A stretch of 64,000 nucleotides of DNA from an uncultured Chloroflexia bacterium (GTDB lineage: Bacteria > Chloroflexota > Anaerolineae > JAAYZQ01). Shown here one piece after another: positions 62,263 through 64,000 of the stretch (positions are counted from its first letter, which is position 1; the number at the start of each line of letters is the position of its first letter). A program made the position numbers and the translations under genes. Where the stretch lies: NCBI GenBank assembly GCA_963700285.1, contig CAVOXA010000001.1, positions 1,312,001 to 1,376,000 on the forward strand, in the 5' to 3' direction. A model generated the notes under the pieces. That model searched no databases. It saw only the letters and a program-made list of their open reading frames with translations, and was not told the origin of the DNA.

Positions 62263-63558
62263 ATGCGGCGCTTTGTGGCCGGAGCGATGATCCTCCTGGG
62301 CTTGACTGGCGTGCTTGGTGGGACTCTTGTGGTCAACTGCTCATGTCCTGAGGGCCAATAGGATCATCGTTGCCATTTCTCCGTAGAGACTGTCCCAATC
62401 CCTCATACCAATGTCAATCCCTACGGGGCCAACTTTTTTCTTGACCGGGAAGTTGAGCATTGGAAACAGGAACGGACCCTGGAGATGGCCAGGGCTGTCG
62501 GTGTTGGCTGGGTCAAGCAGTTGTTTGCGTGGGAGGAGATAGAGCCACTACGCAAGGGAGAGTTTGATTGGGCCAAATACGACCGGATCGTGGGCCTCGC
62601 AGAGCAATACGGGATGCAGATCATCGCCCGGCTGGATCGGCCACCAGATTGGACACGGCAGGCCAGTACGGGTGGGGGCAGCCGCTTCAAGACCCGTCCT
62701 CCCGATGACCTAGCCGACTATGGCGATTTCGTGTTTGAGTTTGTCCGGCGCTACAAGGGCCGCGTGCGCCACGTTCAGATCTGGAACGAGCCCAATCTCA
62801 CTGCGGAATGGGGCTTCCAGCGCGTGGACGCCGTCGCCTATACGCGTCTTCTGGAGATTGCCTATCGTCGGGCCAAAGAGGCCGATCCGGAGGTTGTCGT
62901 GCTCAGCGCGCCGCTGGCCATCACCCTGGAGGATGCTTCCATGCGGGGTAACCACAATGACCTCGTTTTTCTCGAGCAGATGTATCAGGCAGGTGCCGGT
63001 GACTATTTTGATATCCTATCGGCCAATGCCTTCGGCCTGGATCTTCCTCCTGAAGATCCACCGGATCCTAACGTGCTCAATTTTCGCCGGGTCGAATTAC
63101 AGCGGCAGATCATGGAGCAGTATGGGGACGAGAACAAGCCAATCTGGGTAAACGAGTATGGCTGGAATGCCCCTCCCACGTCATTTCCACGAGATCTCCT
63201 GACTTGGGAGAGTGTGACGGAAGCTGAACAGGCCGAATTTACCGTGCGAGGCATCGCCTGGGCTCGGGAACACTGGCCCTGGCTGGGTGTGGTCAATATC
63301 TGGTACTTTCGACAGGTGGGCGATGTTCCTCCTGACCGCCCGGCCTACTATTTTGCCTTGGTGGATCCAGAGTTCAACCCCCGGCCGGTCTATCTGGCGC
63401 TGCAAGCGGCTACGCAGGAGAGGGTGATGCCACTGGGACAAGGCGCTTCTCACTCCCGCCCACAGCCAATGAACGCGGTTCCGGTGTATTTGCTCTGGGG
63501 GCTGTCTGGCGGATTGGTCCTCGCTGGGGGGATTTTGTGGGTCAGATCTCGCAGATAA
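62263..63558 (+). CDS. Clan GH-A glycoside hydrolase (GH5/GH39-like) with signal peptide, in-frame TAG at 62359-62361, and C-terminal membrane anchor
   Basis: MRRFVAGAMILLG signal; NPYGANFFL; QIWNEPN (acid/base); IWVNEYGW (nucleophile); tail AVPVYLLWGLSGGLVLAGGILWVRSRR. Confidence 0.8.
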
Positions 63559-63576
63559 GCCACAGGGCGTGGCTTG

Positions 63577-64000
63577 CTAGCGAAGTATTGATTCAATGCC
63601 ACGCTGGATGTTGGCTGCCGTAGTCTCGGCACCCTGATCGCCTGCCAGCATGCTGTTCACCTCGGTGTGGATCGCCTCGGAGAGCAGCGCGTATTCGGCT
63701 AGCGACGGGCGAGACTTGGCATCGACAAGGACGGTGGCCAGGATCTCCAGGAGCGGTGAGCGTTCAAGGAGTGCTACATCCTCATAGGCCGCTGTCAAAA
63801 CTGGAGGTTGGTTGGCGGCTAGTGCCATGTGGGCCTGTTGTTCATAGCCGGCCAGAAACGCCATGAACTGCAGGGCCTGCTCTGGATGCAGGCTGTGGCT
63901 GGACAGAGCCAAGCTCTGCCCACCCAAGCAGGAGGCCGGCAGCGCTGCCATACCAACCTTCCCCGCTACTGGCGAGTCCTCGCTATTAACATAATCCCAG
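63577..64000 (-). CDS. ABC transporter sugar-binding protein, C-terminal part (continues beyond window)
   Basis: KVGMAALP..CLGGQSLALS..S.HPEQALQFMAFL, AKSRP..Y..LSEAI. Confidence 0.75.
   Translation of the reverse strand, partial: WDYVNSEDSPVAGKVGMAALPASCLGGQSLALSSHSLHPEQALQFMAFLAGYEQQAHMALAANQPPVLTAAYEDVALLERSPLLEILATVLVDAKSRPSLAEYALLSEAIHTEVNSMLAGDQGAETTAANIQRGIESILR

Noticed and set aside
1-64000. CRISPR arrays, tRNA/rRNA genes, prophage or integrase genes
   Set aside because: No regularly spaced repeats, tRNA-like cloverleafs with T-loop consensus, or phage/integrase motifs seen by eye.

Overview
Bacterial window, probably Chloroflexota/Anaerolineae-like (inferred from gene styles and a C-terminal 'YLPxI' secretion tail). 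It looks like an error-prone long-read assembly, with many frameshifts at 1-13 kb, 19-22 kb and 31.6-32.6 kb. The core is a ~47 kb minus-strand locus (5.8-52.7 kb). It starts with a Wzx/Wzy polysaccharide block: priming transferase, Wzc-like protein with degenerate kinase motifs, flippase, polymerase/ligase, sulfotransferase, three GT4s, deacetylase, GHL10 and two FemAB/GNAT proteins. A large secreted beta-helix protein and WbpD/WbpB-like amino-sugar genes follow, then six monomodular NRPS genes. These read as two assembly lines: A(Gly)-NMT-T > C-A-T > C-A-T > C-A-T-TE, and A-T > C-A-T-TE. Both TEs are paralogous and carry Cys/Glu/His instead of Ser/Asp/His. Both terminal A domains have the Arg239 signature of side-chain-carboxyl activation. 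The second TE is split by a complete ISH3-family IS with a 5-bp target duplication. My main hypothesis is an NRPS-driven peptide decoration system for a surface glycan. Left flank: uvrB, threonine aldolase, MFS, amidohydrolase, GNAT. Right flank: truncated aminotransferase pseudogene, HD protein, comEC, HtrA, GGQ-less aeRF1-like protein, exosortase/EpsI, a C-terminally anchored glycoside hydrolase and a partial ABC binding protein. All domain calls and A-domain codes were read by eye, without database searches.
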